A stretch of 64,000 bases of DNA from an uncultured Acidobacteriota bacterium (lineage in GTDB: Bacteria > Acidobacteriota > Thermoanaerobaculia > Gp7-AA8). Positions 61,716 through 64,000 of the stretch are shown here, one piece after another; within the stretch, counting starts at the first letter, position 1; every line of letters starts with the position of its first letter. A program made the position numbers and the translations under genes. A model generated the notes under the pieces. That model did not search any database, was not told the DNA's origin, and saw only the letters and a program-made list of their open reading frames with translations. The stretch is from assembly GCA_963741955.1 (NCBI GenBank), contig CAVUKB010000013.1, positions 61,975 to 125,974 of the forward strand. The letters run 5' to 3'.

Positions 61716-63253
61716 TCAGAAGGCGATGATCTTCTCGAAGTCGACTTCTGCCTTGAGGCCCTCCACGTCCCGGTGAACCACGGCCACCGCGAACTTTTTG
61801 CCGGCAAGGCGATACGTGATCGTGCAGTCCTGCGTGTCGGCGTCGAGCTGTCCGTCGATCTCGGCTTCGTCCCACTGCTCGGCGTGGCCCACATAGGCAA
61901 GGGCGAAATCGTACTGCTCGGTCCAGAAGAAGGGCACGGCGTCGAATCGCTCTCGCCGCCCCATCATGTTGCGCGCCGCGGTTTGCCCCTGGCGCTCGGC
62001 CACGACCCAGTGCTCGACCCGGATCCGTTCGCCGGTGAGTCGGTCGGGCCAGCGTGCAATGTCGCCGGCCGCGAAGATGCCGGGAACGCTCGTCTCGAGG
62101 TACTCGTTCACCGTAATACCGCGGTCGATGGCGAGGCCCGCCTTTTCCGCCAGTGAGATCGCCGGCCGAACGCCGATGCCGACGACGACGAAGTCGGCTT
62201 CGAGGCGCTCGCCGCTCTGCAGCGTGACGCTTCGCTCGTCGATCGAGACGGCTGTCGTCCCGAGGTGGAGCTTCACTCCGTGCTTCTCGTGGAGCTTGCG
62301 GAGAAAGCCTCCGACGTCCGGACCCAGAATTTTTTCCATGGGGACCGCTTCCGGCGCCACGACATGCACTTCGATATCCCGCGCGCGAAGGGATGCCGCC
62401 ACCTCGAGGCCGATGAAGCTCGCGCCGATCACCACGGCCCGCCGCGATGCCAGCGCCGTGTCGACGAGCGCGCCGCTGTCGGCGAGCGTTCGCAAATAAT
62501 GGACGTGCGGGAGATTCGCGCCCGGCACCTCCAGCCGCACCGGCTCGGCGCCGGTCGAAAGCAGCAGCGCGTCATAGGCATGGTGGGCGCCGTCTGCGAG
62601 CCGGACCCGCCGGGCGGCCGTGTCGATCGCGGCGGCGCGAGCGCCGAGCTTCAAATCGATGTCGTGCTTTTCGTAAAAGTCCAGCGGTCGGAGCGGATTG
62701 GATTCCGCGGTCGCGGCGCCCGCGAGAAAGCCTTTCGAAAGGTTCGGGCGGTCACAGGGCACCGACCCGTCGGCACTCAGCATCGTGATGCGGCGGAGTA
62801 GCCCTCCCGCCGGAGCGTTTCCGCGGCAGCATTGCCGGCGGCGCCTCCACCCACGATCACGACCGATCCCGGGATGCCGGCGTTTGCCGGAAGGGATCGA
62901 GGCTCCTGACTCTCGATCCTTTGTCTTACATACGCGCGGCCATCCTGCTGCTCGACGCGCCAGCAGGAGACCGAGTCCAGCGCCGGCGGGCGAAGGGCTT
63001 CACCGGTGCGCAGGCTGAAACAGGCATGATGCCAGGGACACCGCACCGTATCGCCCGCCAGCAACCCATCGGCAAGCGGGGCGCCGTAGTGCGTGCAGAT
63101 GGCGCCGATCGCGAACAGGTTGTCCCCGCGCCGCGCGAGCAGCACCGGTTCGCCGTGGGCGTGCCCGAGCAGCATGGCGCCGTCGGCGATCGTCGAGAGC
63201 GCGACGCCCCTGGTGAAGTCCGGTCCGCTGAGCTCCTTCTCTGTTCCCGTCAT
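61716..63253 (-). pseudogene. Rieske 2Fe-2S + FAD-dependent oxidoreductase (AIF3-like), frameshifted at about 62794
   Basis: CTHYG and CPWH Rieske motifs plus GGGAAG in one frame; [17 protein letters not shown] in the next frame. Confidence 0.85.
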
Positions 63254-63282
63254 TGGCTCTCCTCTTGTGTGTCGCGGCCGAG

Positions 63283-64000
63283 TCACCGGGCGAGCACCTC
63301 CTTCGCCACCGCCACGACGTGCTCCACGGTGAACCCGTACCGGGCCATCACCTCGGGCCCCGGCGCCGACGCGCCGAAGCGGTCCACGCCGATGATCGCG
63401 CCGCCCGCCCCGACGTAGCGTTCCCAGCCGAACGGCGAGCCCGCTTCCACGCTGACCCTCGCGTGCACCACCGGTGGCAGCACGGACTGGCGGTACTCAG
63501 CGGATTGCGCCTCGAACAACTCCCACGACGGCATCGAGACCACGCGGCTCCGGATGCCTTCGGCGGCGAGTTGCCGGTGCGCGGCTAGCGCAAGCGACAC
63601 CTCCGAGCCGGTCGCGATGAGAATGAGCTCCGGCAACCCCTCGCCCGCGTCGACGAGGACGTATGCGCCGCGTGCGGTGCCGCTGGCCGGGGCGAGAGTG
63701 GTCCGGTCGAGGACTGGGATCTTCTGGCGGGTGAGCACCAGCCCCACCGGCCCGGCCGTATGCTGCATCGCGATCCGCCAGGCCTCGACCGTTTCGTTCG
63801 CGTCGGCCGGCCGGAGCACCAGCATGTTCGGCATCGCCCGCAGGCTCGCGAGCTGCTCGACCGGTTCGTGCGTCGGGCCGTCCTCCCCGACCGCGATGCT
63901 GTCGTGCGTCCAGACGTAGATCACGTGGGCTTCGCTCAGCGCGGCCAGCCGGATGCTCGGTCGCATGTAATCGGAGAACGTGAAAAACGTCGCGCCGAAC
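63283..64000 (-). CDS. tkt: Transketolase (3' part, start outside window)
   Basis: [41 protein letters not shown]. Confidence 0.96.
   Translation of the reverse strand, partial: FGATFFTFSDYMRPSIRLAALSEAHVIYVWTHDSIAVGEDGPTHEPVEQLASLRAMPNMLVLRPADANETVEAWRIAMQHTAGPVGLVLTRQKIPVLDRTTLAPASGTARGAYVLVDAGEGLPELILIATGSEVSLALAAHRQLAAEGIRSRVVSMPSWELFEAQSAEYRQSVLPPVVHARVSVEAGSPFGWERYVGAGGAIIGVDRFGASAPGPEVMARYGFTVEHVVAVAKEVLAR

Overview
GC-rich bacterial chromosomal window covering the replication origin region. Lineage is probably Acidobacteriota, Thermoanaerobaculia-like; this is inferred from protein style, not a database result. Bases 1-15 kb hold the conserved mnmG-mnmE-jag-yidC-yidD-rnpA-rpmH / dnaA-oriC-dnaN-recF-gyrB-gyrA block, with a parS site filling the mnmE-mnmG gap and an oriC with variant DnaA boxes and DnaA-trios. 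Bases 16-32 kb carry housekeeping and repair genes (rng, tRNA-Asn, hslUV, recA, udgX, an ABC exporter). Bases 32-50 kb carry many stress or dormancy-type genes (PRTase plus hydrolase, BON protein, nucleotidyltransferase plus metallophosphoesterase, GH15, SDR, KGG protein); several have sigma54-type -24/-12 motifs. Two copies of a hairpin MITE bracket 45.3-50.4 kb, including two tRNA-Ser. Next come an orphan MglA-like GTPase and a cobalamin riboswitch with btuB. Bases 57-64 kb are a scrambled accessory patch with a duplicated transketolase 3' end, an NdvB-like fragment and a frameshifted Rieske-FAD reductase. No CRISPR array, rRNA, integrase or transposase was seen. Best candidates for something undescribed: a sigma54-driven general-stress regulon, the NTase/phosphoesterase pair, the MITE, and a secreted pseudo-glycosidase with a C-terminal RRGVR tail.
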